Shown here: positions 17,436-26,894 of the stretch, piece by piece
How the letters are laid out: every line of letters starts with the position of its first letter
Position numbering within the stretch: the first letter of the stretch is position 1
Sequence record: OM339718.1
Strand: one strand, 5' to 3'
Length of the DNA stretch: 64,000 nucleotides
The notes under the pieces: model-generated
The model's input: the letters and a program-made list of their open reading frames with translations, nothing else
Told to the model about the DNA's origin: nothing
The model's database searches: none
Translations under genes and position numbers: made by a program

Positions 17436-17693
17436 ATGATATTTAAAATTGGTCAGTCTTATAAAATAGTTTCTATGTTTGGCGTTGCTGTTGAACACAT
17501 GGATTGTCTTAACGACGTCATTGTCTGTACTGACTTTGATGAAGACTCCGGGGTTGCTTGGTTCGACGGACTGATGTGGACAAATTTCGGGGACCGTGGG
17601 AATTATATTCTTGCGATGAGTGATGAGGGAGTTGAAGCCTTCGGAACTGATTATGGAAGTTTCCTCTCCAACGTTCTGGAAGAGGTGAAATAA
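17436..17693 (+). CDS. Hypothetical protein
   Basis: AAGGAG SD. Confidence 0.75.
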   Translation: MIFKIGQSYKIVSMFGVAVEHMDCLNDVIVCTDFDEDSGVAWFDGLMWTNFGDRGNYILAMSDEGVEAFGTDYGSFLSNVLEEVK

Positions 17694-17950
17694 TGGCTGT
17701 TGGGTTTGGTGGTTGCGATAACCATTTGGAAACTATTGAATCCACAATCAACAATGGTATTGACTTTGCTCGTTCTCAACTTCACCAAGGGGTATCTTCC
17801 GAATTTTGTGAAGAATGCGGAGATAGGATCCCGGAAGGGAGAAGGAAAATAATGGTTGTTCATTTTTGTGTTAAATGTCAAAGTGACCTAGACAAAAAGA
17901 TGAAACCATTATATAATCGTCGCGGAAGTAAAGATTCTCAACTTAGATAG
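17693..17950 (+). CDS. ybiI: DksA/TraR-family C4 zinc finger protein, YbiI-like
   Basis: CEECGDRIPEGRR...CVKCQ and C-terminal YNRRGSKDSQLR as in enterobacterial YbiI. Confidence 0.88.
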   Translation: MAVGFGGCDNHLETIESTINNGIDFARSQLHQGVSSEFCEECGDRIPEGRRKIMVVHFCVKCQSDLDKKMKPLYNRRGSKDSQLR

Positions 17951-17959
17951 GAGAATTTC

Positions 17960-18145
17960 ATGAAACCTTTCAAAAACCAAGAGACCGAAAACTTCTGTCA
18001 GAAAGTTGCAGAAGTGTATCAATCTGATACAATCGAAGCTAATATTATGTTTGAGAATTACATTTCTGAACATGGTAAAAATATGATGCGATGGGAAATG
18101 ATCGCCATAAAAGATCGTATCAGTTTCATCATTAAACACTATTAA
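17960..18145 (+). CDS. Hypothetical protein
   Basis: AGGAG SD. Confidence 0.7.
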   Translation: MKPFKNQETENFCQKVAEVYQSDTIEANIMFENYISEHGKNMMRWEMIAIKDRISFIIKHY

Positions 18146-18153
18146 GGAAAAAT

Positions 18154-19071
18154 ATGAACGCATATATCACTATCGGTGCTAGTTCGAGTGGAAAAAGTAC
18201 TTGGGCCGAAATGATGGTCAAAAAGTCACAAGGTAAGATGGTTAATATCAACCGTGATGATACTCGCCGTAGCCTGTTCCAGATCAAGAGCTGGAAAGGT
18301 TATAACTTCGGGAAAGACCGTGAAGCTCTGGTTACTGATGTTAACTGGCGAAAGGTTATGGCTGCTCACGCGGCTGGTAAACAAATTGTTATCTCTGATA
18401 CAAACCTGAATGAAAAGTTTCGTAACGTTATGATCAAAGAACTTAAGGATCTTGGATATAATGTAACACTGGTTTGGTTCCCTGTTCCTATGGAAGAACT
18501 GAAACGCCGTAATTCCACTCGTGGTGGTTGGTCTGTAAATGAATCAGTTCTGGATCGTATGGTTGCTCAATTTGACGACCAGTGGTCTCATTTTGATTAC
18601 TATGGTGGTGGGATTGTTGTTGATTTCGAACCAAAGGTAAGATACACTCCTGATGAATCTCTTCCGATGGCAGTTATCTTTGATGTTGATGGTACTGTAG
18701 CTGAAAAGAATGACCGTGACCCGTTTGACTGGTCTCGTGTTAAGGAAGACACTCCACGTCATACTGTTATCCAATATGCACAACTTCTGAAATATCGTGG
18801 TTATGTTATCATCGTTGCGTCTGGTCGTGATGGTGTATGTATGAAGGATACTTATGACTGGTGTGTTAAGCATGGTATGCCGGTCGACGTTCATATCCAA
18901 CGTAAACCGGGGGATCAACGTTCTGATAAAATCATCAAAGAAGAACTTTTCTGGGAGCATATCGCACCATACTATAACGTAACCCATTGCGTTGATGACC
19001 GAGACCAAGTTGTTAAAATGTGGCGTGACCTTGGTATCGAATGTTTTCAGGTTCAACCCGGAGACTTTTAG
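18154..19071 (+). CDS. pseT: Polynucleotide 5'-kinase / 3'-phosphatase
   Basis: P-loop GASSSGKST, INRDD, HAD DVDGT, SGR, DDRDQVV. Confidence 0.94.
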   Translation: MNAYITIGASSSGKSTWAEMMVKKSQGKMVNINRDDTRRSLFQIKSWKGYNFGKDREALVTDVNWRKVMAAHAAGKQIVISDTNLNEKFRNVMIKELKDLGYNVTLVWFPVPMEELKRRNSTRGGWSVNESVLDRMVAQFDDQWSHFDYYGGGIVVDFEPKVRYTPDESLPMAVIFDVDGTVAEKNDRDPFDWSRVKEDTPRHTVIQYAQLLKYRGYVIIVASGRDGVCMKDTYDWCVKHGMPVDVHIQRKPGDQRSDKIIKEELFWEHIAPYYNVTHCVDDRDQVVKMWRDLGIECFQVQPGDF

Positions 19072-19072
19072 T

Positions 19073-19270
19073 ATGAACTGGTTTACAAAAAAGAGAAAAT
19101 CTAAAGGGGAACGCCTGAAAGCTCAGGCTACCCACACTGATGATTTTGGTGCATTATACAAGTATGTAAACGGTCGTCTATTTCATTTCAGACGACATCC
19201 ATGCTGGGATGACATTTGTGTTTGGGGGATCATTAACCTCCCCAAAGACCACAAGATCTATAAGAGGTAA
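19073..19270 (+). CDS. Hypothetical protein
   Basis: ATG 19073 just after pseT stop. Confidence 0.65.
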   Translation: MNWFTKKRKSKGERLKAQATHTDDFGALYKYVNGRLFHFRRHPCWDDICVWGIINLPKDHKIYKR

Positions 19271-19271
19271 T

Positions 19272-19823
19272 ATGGTAAAATATCTTCTTTTATGTCTTTT
19301 AATCTCTACTCCTTTACATTCAGAGGTTTTAGATACTCAGAGGGTATGGAGAGAACATATCATAAATGATGCTGCTTCGTTGAAAGAACGTCATTTGGTT
19401 GGTTCATTCCAACACCCAGATTACGAAGATGATATTGACCTTCCGTATATGCTTCATATAGGCTCTATACAGGCTCATAGGGCATTTTATCTTAATCTGA
19501 CAACCATGAAGACAGACATACACCCAAAAGCGCCCATAATCGTTTCTATTGGCGATAACGAAGCAACTTATAGTTCTCAGAACTCAAGTTTTAAAGGAGT
19601 TGCTTCCACAATAAGAAATTCTGATTCTTCTGTAGCATTGAAACTTTTTTCTTACGATGAACTGTATGGATGTACAGGTTCTTATAGAATGCTGTGGGAA
19701 TCTGATTATATTTCTGTTCGGTATGTTACGCCTGCACTAGAACATAGGTCATTGACGTTAGATCTGAAAGGTCTCATTGAGACTATGGAGTATGTCTATG
19801 GGATCCCAGAAACGTGTAAATAA
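19272..19823 (+). CDS. Hypothetical exported protein
   Basis: GAGG SD; N-terminal signal-peptide-like MVKYLLLCLLISTPLHS. Confidence 0.7.
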   Translation: MVKYLLLCLLISTPLHSEVLDTQRVWREHIINDAASLKERHLVGSFQHPDYEDDIDLPYMLHIGSIQAHRAFYLNLTTMKTDIHPKAPIIVSIGDNEATYSSQNSSFKGVASTIRNSDSSVALKLFSYDELYGCTGSYRMLWESDYISVRYVTPALEHRSLTLDLKGLIETMEYVYGIPETCK

Positions 19824-19876
19824 TTAAATGGTGGTCAATGATGTGATATGATCACCAGTGAAATAGGAGATTAATC

Positions 19877-20158
19877 ATGTTTGCATTGACATTTTCCGAC
19901 GAATCAGGAAAAACACATTTAATTTTTCAAAATGAACGGGCTCTACTCTTTAAGTCAAAAAAAGAAGCCGAAGACTATGAACGCGATATATTCGTTCCTT
20001 ACTTGGAAACTTCCATAGAGAAAGGGGTATTGGTTAAGAAACGCCCAATTCTTGGTGATGTTTATAAACCATTATCTCAAGAAGAAATCCGAAAGATGTA
20101 TCAGATTGGAAGTACCATTCGTGTGCTTGAAGTCAAAGATCTAAAATATAAGAAGTGA
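19877..20158 (+). CDS. Hypothetical protein
   Basis: AGGAG SD. Confidence 0.72.
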   Translation: MFALTFSDESGKTHLIFQNERALLFKSKKEAEDYERDIFVPYLETSIEKGVLVKKRPILGDVYKPLSQEEIRKMYQIGSTIRVLEVKDLKYKK

Positions 20159-20168
20159 GAATTTTGAT

Positions 20169-20393
20169 ATGAGTTTTGAAAACGATGTTAAAGAACTAAT
20201 TCGACGGTTTGATAATTCAGTTCCTCCCCCTTTTCGAGTTGGGGTTATGAAGAAATCAGACACGGTTTTTGAGATTTCCGTCGTTGATCCTTTTGGTCAA
20301 CCTATCCAAATCTTTACCGTTTATGAGTATAAAGATAAGGTTTATTATTGTCATGGACAACAATATAAATCACCAGAAAAGGATATCAACTAA
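20169..20393 (+). CDS. Hypothetical protein
   Basis: Co-directional; stop overlaps cd start. Confidence 0.7.
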   Translation: MSFENDVKELIRRFDNSVPPPFRVGVMKKSDTVFEISVVDPFGQPIQIFTVYEYKDKVYYCHGQQYKSPEKDIN

Positions 20394-20917
20394 TGAAGAT
20401 TAAAACTCTGGTTACTATGGCATTGGCTGTGAGTAATGAAAGTAAATGCCCTAGCCATAAGGTGGGAACCGTTATCGTTAAAGATGGTCGGGTTATTTCT
20501 ACCGGGTATAATGGTACTCGTGCTGGTGGTATTAATCCTGATGAACATGCTATTAATATGAAATGGGCTGGATTCCAACGTGGAATGGTGCGCCTTTATC
20601 CAGAACACGAAGAGGAATATAGTAACTGGGCTAATATCCATGTTGTTCATAGTGAGATGAACGCCCTTCTATATGCAGCCAGAGCTGGTCAGTCGGTTGA
20701 TGGTGCTACTCTGGTAACATCCCTTAGCCCTTGTTCAAATTGTGCAAAACACATGGCGGCTGCTGGGATCAAGAAAGTAATTTATCATACCCGTTATAGT
20801 AAATCCCCCGATGGATGGGAGAAGATACTTGAGGATCAGGGTATAGAAGTAGTCCATTGTGGAGATGTAATTGATTTTAACAATTATGCGGTTCGCGTAG
20901 ACCGTATTCAAAAGTGA
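20393..20917 (+). CDS. cd: dCMP deaminase
   Basis: KVGTVIV, STGYNG, HSEMNAL, PCSNC. Confidence 0.94.
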   Translation: MKIKTLVTMALAVSNESKCPSHKVGTVIVKDGRVISTGYNGTRAGGINPDEHAINMKWAGFQRGMVRLYPEHEEEYSNWANIHVVHSEMNALLYAARAGQSVDGATLVTSLSPCSNCAKHMAAAGIKKVIYHTRYSKSPDGWEKILEDQGIEVVHCGDVIDFNNYAVRVDRIQK

Positions 20918-20920
20918 GAG

Positions 20921-21334
20921 ATGACAAAAATGAGTGATTCTATTATGCGACAAGCTCTAGTTGAACAAGAGCCACGTAGTTATGAAAACCTAACTGATGA
21001 ACAGAAAGTTTTCTTCAAATCTGTTGTTGAGGAAGTTCTTCATTCAGGGGTCGTTGATTTGGTTTTTGAGAAGGTTGATGGTACTATCCGTAGTGGTAAC
21101 GCAACTTTGGATACCGAGGTAATTGTTGAAGCAATTGGTCAACCTACAGAAGGTAGTTCTGGGTCCAAACCTCGCAAAGTAAACCCTGATGTTGTTCGCT
21201 TCTTTGATGTGGATAAGGGTGAGTTTCGGACATTCAAACTTAGCAATTTGATCCAAGTTGGATTTACCACTGTTGGTGATATTCATCATATGATCGAAGC
21301 TATGAGCTTAGGTGTGGTTGATATTGATGTTTGA
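20921..21334 (+). CDS. WYL_2/DUF2693-type SH3-fold protein
   Basis: FEKVDGTIR...RFFDVDKGEFRTFK pattern. Confidence 0.6.
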   Translation: MTKMSDSIMRQALVEQEPRSYENLTDEQKVFFKSVVEEVLHSGVVDLVFEKVDGTIRSGNATLDTEVIVEAIGQPTEGSSGSKPRKVNPDVVRFFDVDKGEFRTFKLSNLIQVGFTTVGDIHHMIEAMSLGVVDIDV

Positions 21335-21578
21335 AATCGAAGTTCAACCAAGTCGAGAACTGTGTTATCATGATTTCGTTGATATGTTTGAAGGTGAGGT
21401 ATTGAATGCACCAACCCTTCATAAAATGAACTTAGTTATCAGTGAAATAGAACACAAAAATATTTGTAGAACGGGTCATTCATATACAAAAGATTATATG
21501 GTTATCGATCAAGACCTATTTTTGATGAAACGGTATTTTAATGAAATCTCATACAAATTATTAAATGGATACCAATAA
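21327..21578 (+). CDS. Hypothetical protein
   Basis: Overlaps upstream stop. Confidence 0.6.
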   Translation: MFEIEVQPSRELCYHDFVDMFEGEVLNAPTLHKMNLVISEIEHKNICRTGHSYTKDYMVIDQDLFLMKRYFNEISYKLLNGYQ

Positions 21579-21623
21579 CATGCTATACTCGTTGTATATA
21601 AACCAATAAAAAGAGAAAACGAA

Positions 21624-22001
21624 ATGCAACAAAAAATCGACCAAAGTAAACTTGGATTTAAAGCTATGGGTGATCATCTCATCCTGCGATGTGAAGCCGC
21701 TCGGGCGGGGGAAGAAGAAAAATCGTCTGCTGGTATTGTTCTTGCTACGGCAACCCAAAACAAGCAAGGTGGTATTCCTACCCATGGTGTCATCGTCTCT
21801 GTTGGTGGTAATTGCCCTAAAGACTTCAATGAAATGATTGGTGCCGAGGTTGCCCTACCAACTACCGGTAATTTCGCTAAATTCTGGGATCCTCGTGTAA
21901 TTCGTAAAGAATTGAAAGAAGATAGCGGAAAAGATATCATCTACGTTACTTGTCATCATCTGGCTGTTCGTGGTGTTTACACCCACACAGATAAAGAATA
22001 A
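21624..22001 (+). CDS. 31: Co-chaperonin gp31 (GroES-like)
   Basis: KAMGDHLIL, mobile loop EEKSSAGIVL, GVIVSVG, YVTCHHLAV as in T4 gp31. Confidence 0.88.
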   Translation: MQQKIDQSKLGFKAMGDHLILRCEAARAGEEEKSSAGIVLATATQNKQGGIPTHGVIVSVGGNCPKDFNEMIGAEVALPTTGNFAKFWDPRVIRKELKEDSGKDIIYVTCHHLAVRGVYTHTDKE

Positions 22002-22150
22002 TGGAAACTTATTGTATCTTTCGATGGATTAAAGAAAATCCAGAAGAATACCAAAAGATCTTGACAGAAGAAATTGATAAAGAAATCATCGAAAATTTAA
22101 AAAAGGAAATACAAAATGGCAAAGCAAAAGAAAGCAGTACAAAAAGTTGA
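22001..22150 (+). CDS. Small hypothetical protein, 49 aa
   Basis: TAATG overlap with gp31; below the ORF-track cutoff. Confidence 0.5.
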   Translation: METYCIFRWIKENPEEYQKILTEEIDKEIIENLKKEIQNGKAKESSTKS

Positions 22151-22331
22151 AGAGAAGAAACTGACCGGTCGTCAGGGTTATAAGCGCAAATCAAACGGTC
22201 GTGTTGACCAGTTTGGTGATGCACTCCGGGCTCGTGTTCGTCGGGCTATGAAAGCAGAAGCGTTTGCTTCCAAGTCCCTTTCCCATGGTACTAAGGAAGT
22301 GCTTTCACAAGCAGTATCCTTCAAGTTTTAA
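22116..22331 (+). CDS. 30.9: Basic protein, T4 30.9-like
   Basis: MAKQKKAVQK...GYKRKSNGRV, resembling T4 30.9; syntenic after gp31. Confidence 0.72.
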   Translation: MAKQKKAVQKVEEKKLTGRQGYKRKSNGRVDQFGDALRARVRRAMKAEAFASKSLSHGTKEVLSQAVSFKF

Positions 22332-22334
22332 AAG

Positions 22335-22358
22335 AAAGCCCCTTAATTGGGGCTTTTT
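22335..22358 (+). terminator. Intrinsic terminator
   Basis: AAAGCCCC-ttaatt-GGGGCTTT-TT. Confidence 0.85.
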
Positions 22359-22362
22359 GTTA

Positions 22363-22390
22363 TTGACATCATTAAAAAACAAAGTAAAAT
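22363..22390 (+). promoter_or_regulatory. Early promoter
   Basis: TTGACA-N16-TAAAAT right after terminator. Confidence 0.68.
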
Positions 22391-22417
22391 AGGCCATACA
22401 AACTAAGGAGAATCGTT

Positions 22418-22648
22418 ATGAAGGTTGTTGTTACCCGTGAACAGTTTATCAAAGCACATCTTAATTATGTGGATAGTAAAGAGCGAGATGAGCTTGATAA
22501 ACTTCTTGGTTTCCCTGTGAGTATTTCGACTGCAAATCAACTGTTCTTGAACATCAATACCTTGTTTGTTTTTGATATCAAACATGTAGAAATAGACTTT
22601 GTTGATTTCGCTTACTTGGCCCCTTTCTGGCCCAAGAAAAAGAATTGA
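22418..22648 (+). CDS. Hypothetical protein
   Basis: AAGGAG SD. Confidence 0.75.
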   Translation: MKVVVTREQFIKAHLNYVDSKERDELDKLLGFPVSISTANQLFLNINTLFVFDIKHVEIDFVDFAYLAPFWPKKKN

Positions 22649-22730
22649 AAAACCTGTTGCAATCCGTGTTTGGTTTTGAGATACTAATCCCGTAGACAGA
22701 AAAGACATTCGAAACATTGGGAGATTTATT

Positions 22731-22958
22731 ATGACTACTATGACTGTTCAATTCGTATTTGGTACTCGTTCTGCTGCCCGTGCTGCTTCCTTCGGTAAAA
22801 TGACCGACAACGGTAAAGATTCCGCTAATCGCTGGGGTCGTTCCGCTACGGTGAATGTAGAAAAGAAAACTCCGATGACCCTCACCCGTACCGGTCGTCG
22901 TGGCCCTTCCACCCAGACCACCGTAGTTGTCAAGAAAATGAAAACCATGGTTCGCTAA
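22731..22958 (+). CDS. Small very basic protein
   Basis: GGAG SD; R/K/T-rich, strong codon bias. Confidence 0.78.
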   Translation: MTTMTVQFVFGTRSAARAASFGKMTDNGKDSANRWGRSATVNVEKKTPMTLTRTGRRGPSTQTTVVVKKMKTMVR

Positions 22959-22968
22959 GGATAAATTT

Positions 22969-23340
22969 ATGGATATTATCAACTCAACTTTGTTTTGCTT
23001 TATTTTATTTGCTGTTGTATTTTTAATAGTGACTTGTTTTGAATTATATCGTGGAAGAAAGCTTGAAAATCTCCCATCTCATTATAAGCAAGCTTTAAGT
23101 GAAGCTGGGTATGCCTTGTATTGTGATTACAAAAACGAATTTTTTAAGTTTAACAAGTGGGGGATCCGGAAACATTCAGAACAGAAACCAATTGTTCTAA
23201 TGACTGCGGACGACCTTTATCCAAAGTTGAAAGGTTGCTTTACATACACGACAAACAAGATTTATGTTGACCTCAACAAGATCGATTTATTGTATAAATC
23301 TTGTAATACACTAAAGCAAAAGCCATTGAAGGAGTGGTAA
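22969..23340 (+). CDS. Hypothetical membrane-anchored protein
   Basis: N-terminal hydrophobic helix; AAGGA SD. Confidence 0.7.
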   Translation: MDIINSTLFCFILFAVVFLIVTCFELYRGRKLENLPSHYKQALSEAGYALYCDYKNEFFKFNKWGIRKHSEQKPIVLMTADDLYPKLKGCFTYTTNKIYVDLNKIDLLYKSCNTLKQKPLKEW

Positions 23341-23341
23341 A

Positions 23342-24334
23342 ATGGAAAAATATCTTGTTGGTGGTGCAGTTCGAGATCAAATAATGGGGAAACCGGTAAA
23401 AGACCGTGATTGGGTTGTTGTAGGTTCCACAAAAGAAGAAATGGAAGGTCTTGGTTATAAGTGTGTCGGTGCTCATTTCCCAGTATACCTTGACAATGAT
23501 GGTGAAGAGATCGCCTTGGCTCGTACAGAGATATCAACTGGTATTGGGTACAACGATTTTCAGGTTGATTTCAACCCAGATGTAACTATCGAAGAAGACC
23601 TATACCGTCGAGATTTCACCATAAACGCTATCGCGTACGACCCCATAAACTCTGTTTATATCGATCCTTATCATGGTATCCAAGATATTGGAAAGAAACT
23701 GATTCGTATGGTAAACCCATATGCGTTTCGTGATGACCCTCTTCGTGTTTTCCGTGCAATTCGTTTTGCTGGACGCTACGGATTCAAGATGGAACCAGAA
23801 ACGGAAAAAGCAGTAACCGATATGATTGTTGGTGGTGCTTTGGATATGGTATCTAAAGAACGGGTATTCATTGAGTTTATGAAGTGTATGGAAGATATGA
23901 GCCATGTTGATGTTTTCATGGGTATACTTCGGGAACTCGATGTGGTAGAATTCTTTGGGTTCGACCGGGAATTTGTTAAGAACCTCAATAAAGATGGGAA
24001 GATCTATACAGACAGCACTATTGCAGACCTTTGCTATTACTGCGAAGATTTTGATAGTTATTTGAAGGTACATGAGAAACTGCATCTTACTTCATATCAA
24101 CGGATGGAAGCGGAGATGTACTACTTTTCTGGGTCTCGGTTCGAAGTTCTCGATTATGCAGGTGCAACTCACGACACACCGAAGCTTCACTATGCATTGA
24201 TGCACCAACCGATTCGTCAAGAACACATCGATTTGTGGCGATCTGTAAGTGCTAAGGACTTCCCAGAACTCCAAGGAAAAGAACTTGGTAAAGCAATAAA
24301 ACAGCGTCGTAAGGAATTGATTGATGAAGTATAA
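23342..24334 (+). CDS. cca: tRNA nucleotidyltransferase (class II CCA-adding enzyme), short form without C-terminal HD domain
   Basis: YLVGGAVRD..DRDWVV, ARTE loop, EDLYRRDFTINAIA, DDPLRVFRAIRF. Confidence 0.93.
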   Translation: MEKYLVGGAVRDQIMGKPVKDRDWVVVGSTKEEMEGLGYKCVGAHFPVYLDNDGEEIALARTEISTGIGYNDFQVDFNPDVTIEEDLYRRDFTINAIAYDPINSVYIDPYHGIQDIGKKLIRMVNPYAFRDDPLRVFRAIRFAGRYGFKMEPETEKAVTDMIVGGALDMVSKERVFIEFMKCMEDMSHVDVFMGILRELDVVEFFGFDREFVKNLNKDGKIYTDSTIADLCYYCEDFDSYLKVHEKLHLTSYQRMEAEMYYFSGSRFEVLDYAGATHDTPKLHYALMHQPIRQEHIDLWRSVSAKDFPELQGKELGKAIKQRRKELIDEV

Positions 24335-24509
24335 AATCATTTTTCTGGTGTTTGGTATCATGGTGTTTGTAAATTCTGTTTATACAGAGTATTCTGATAA
24401 GAAATTCAACGAGAATATGTTTGAATACGTTGAAGGTAATTTAGATCGAACTCATAATCGACCCGGATATAATATGAAAATAGTAGTTGATTATCAGACT
24501 CCCGATTGA
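24321..24509 (+). CDS. Small membrane protein
   Basis: Hydrophobic N-terminus; AAGGA SD. Confidence 0.62.
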   Translation: MMKYKIIFLVFGIMVFVNSVYTEYSDKKFNENMFEYVEGNLDRTHNRPGYNMKIVVDYQTPD

Positions 24510-24543
24510 TATAATGGTTTTGAACTTACGAGAGAGATAAAAC

Positions 24544-24795
24544 ATGATTCAGATTCGATATCAATCTAGCAACTACTCCCCGGAATTGGTAACTGGTCGA
24601 TACGTCCGTGAAGATTTTGATGGTGGTTATCTTGTTGTTGAAGCAGCAACAAACTTCGTCAAAGGCCCCTTTTACGGAAAGATAGGTCATGGGCCAACTC
24701 TCCGCGAATATATCACTGATGGGTCAGAAATACCTCAACACGTAAAAGATGAAGCAAAGAAATTGGTTTTTCGTATGACTTTTTGGGAAATTTAA
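24544..24795 (+). CDS. Hypothetical protein
   Basis: Downstream of TATAAT; co-directional. Confidence 0.7.
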   Translation: MIQIRYQSSNYSPELVTGRYVREDFDGGYLVVEAATNFVKGPFYGKIGHGPTLREYITDGSEIPQHVKDEAKKLVFRMTFWEI

Positions 24796-24797
24796 AA

Positions 24798-25304
24798 ATG
24801 AGTAAACATGATGTAAAAATGACTGCAATTGCTTATGGTCTGGTTTCTGATGCATTTGCAACAGTATTTGACCGGGGTGGACGTCCTTACTTCGAACATT
24901 GTATGGAAGTATGTCGAAAGCTTGGTCCTAAAGCAGACGATAAGCTGAAACAGGTTGCGATTCTCCATGATTATCTTGAGGATGTACAGAATGCAACTGC
25001 TGATGACCTTCTTGAAATAGGTTTTAACCCAGAAGTAGTAAAATCGGTGGTTCTTCTGACCAAAAAACATGGTAACGATTATAAAGACCCTGTGGTTTAT
25101 GAATCTTACCTTCAAGGTATCGAATCAAACCGGATGGCGTGCCTTGTAAAGATGTGTGACTTCCGTCATAATAGTGACCTACGTCGCCTCAAGGGAGTAA
25201 CCGAAAAAGATATGAAACGCTCCTTCAAATATCAGGAGGGGTTCTATCGTCTTTCTGCCGTGGCTAACCAAAATGGTTGGTCTTCTGAACAAAAGGGAAT
25301 GTAA
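24798..25304 (+). CDS. HD-domain protein, RelA/SpoT-hydrolase (Mesh1/SAH)-like
   Basis: RGGRPYFEH, AILHDYLED, LLTK, VKMCDFRHN. Confidence 0.8.
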   Translation: MSKHDVKMTAIAYGLVSDAFATVFDRGGRPYFEHCMEVCRKLGPKADDKLKQVAILHDYLEDVQNATADDLLEIGFNPEVVKSVVLLTKKHGNDYKDPVVYESYLQGIESNRMACLVKMCDFRHNSDLRRLKGVTEKDMKRSFKYQEGFYRLSAVANQNGWSSEQKGM

Positions 25305-25305
25305 A

Positions 25306-25698
25306 ATGGGTAAAATTTTTGAAGTGATTTTTGGTGAAGTAGGAACCGGTAAAACTTCCCGTCTTCTGGCAAAAGCTGCGGAACAAGTTGCGATCAGTCC
25401 TGTAATTGTATTGATTGATGAGCTTGATGAACAACAAGCGTTTGAGCGGCTTTATGACTTTGTTTCGCCAGACACAGAGACGTTTGAATTGGTTGTTTCT
25501 TCTGTCCAATCCGGTTCCAATTTCAATGGCCCTCGTGGTCTAAAAGAACAATTAGAAAATGCGTTGATGACCGTACCTGACGCAACCCATGTTTTTATTG
25601 ATGTATGTGGGTATATTCCGTCACAGGTAATTGATATCATCGGAGAACGTGAATTGGTTGTAACAAAACAGTTGATTCGTGGTGCATCAAGTCTATAA
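25306..25698 (+). CDS. P-loop-containing protein
   Basis: Walker A GEVGTGKT; VFID. Confidence 0.6.
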   Translation: MGKIFEVIFGEVGTGKTSRLLAKAAEQVAISPVIVLIDELDEQQAFERLYDFVSPDTETFELVVSSVQSGSNFNGPRGLKEQLENALMTVPDATHVFIDVCGYIPSQVIDIIGERELVVTKQLIRGASSL

Positions 25699-25708
25699 GA
25701 GGTGATTT

Positions 25709-26149
25709 ATGACCGGTTACGTTTTATCCATGATTGGACTGTTGGTAATTCTGATCGGTCTAGTTCATTGGAATAATGCAATGGGTAAGAAATTTCGTGG
25801 TATTTTTATTGATGATATTCGAAATCCGTCTGATGTAGGTTGGGTTCATTATGACCCAGATATTCAGTGGACTATTGTTCGGACTTATTCAGACTTTAAG
25901 GATGAGATCCGGACTAACGGTATCCCGAAATATATTAGCTTTGACCACGACCTAGCTGATTATGACGAGGATGGTATTGAATATACAGGGTTGTCATGTG
26001 CAAAATATCTTGTTGATATTGCACAATACGACAACAAAGAACTTCCTGAATATATCTATTACCATACACAAAACCCAATTGGTAAAGATAACATAAAGGG
26101 TTATATTGAAAGTTATCAAGCGTTTGTGAGACGAGAACATGAAGACTAA
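25709..26149 (+). CDS. Cyclic-phosphate-processing receiver-like domain protein
   Basis: IFIDDIRNP, ISFDHDL, GLSCAKYL, HTQNPIG; N-terminal hydrophobic segment. Confidence 0.72.
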   Translation: MTGYVLSMIGLLVILIGLVHWNNAMGKKFRGIFIDDIRNPSDVGWVHYDPDIQWTIVRTYSDFKDEIRTNGIPKYISFDHDLADYDEDGIEYTGLSCAKYLVDIAQYDNKELPEYIYYHTQNPIGKDNIKGYIESYQAFVRREHED

Positions 26150-26894
26150 AGTAATTTGTGGATTTCCCGGTGTGGGGAAATCTACGGCAGTAAAAGACAA
26201 TAAGTTTCCTCAATATAAAATTGTGGATCTTGACAACTCTAAATTTAAAACTAATTGGCCTAACGAATATCTAAAAGAGATTCAGTCTCATGTAGAAAGT
26301 GGGGCCTTTGATTTTATAATGGTGTCTACACATTCAGAAGTTGTGAAATTTGTTGTTGATATGGGGTATGACGTTGAGCTTGTATATCCAGAAAAGCCAG
26401 TTTATGAAAACAACCAGTGGTATCAGGATAACCAACGTTCTAAGATCAAAGAAATGTTTTTGACTCGGTATCAAGAACGAGGGGATTCCCCAGAATTTAT
26501 TGAATTTATCTCGGATAATTTCTGGACATTTGTGGATGATCTGTCTGGCGTCGTTGGAGAAAATGTAACCCATCATCGAGTAAACACATGCCTCAACGAT
26601 GTCTCATTCTTTATTTGGAGTATCTTGGGTGGTTATGGTGGGTCTGAACGTTCTGTTATCTCTCACTGGGACTCGTGGCAGGATGATGGTAGTTCGATTG
26701 GGTTCCATGACTGTGTATTGAAACCAGAATTTTTTGGGGACGAACTATATCAACTTATCCGGTGTGGTGTGCAGGATCCTCGTTTCTACGTGAATATAGA
26801 CAGTGAAAATAGCATTCTTTCTGTGATCAACAACACAACAGAAAAAACTTTCGAATTTAACTTTAAAATTGTATTGACAAAGAGAGAATTTTGA
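26139..26894 (+). CDS. P-loop NTPase/kinase-like protein with extra C-terminal domain
   Basis: VICGFPGVGKST, DLD, VSTH, YQERG. Confidence 0.68.
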   Translation: MKTKVICGFPGVGKSTAVKDNKFPQYKIVDLDNSKFKTNWPNEYLKEIQSHVESGAFDFIMVSTHSEVVKFVVDMGYDVELVYPEKPVYENNQWYQDNQRSKIKEMFLTRYQERGDSPEFIEFISDNFWTFVDDLSGVVGENVTHHRVNTCLNDVSFFIWSILGGYGGSERSVISHWDSWQDDGSSIGFHDCVLKPEFFGDELYQLIRCGVQDPRFYVNIDSENSILSVINNTTEKTFEFNFKIVLTKREF

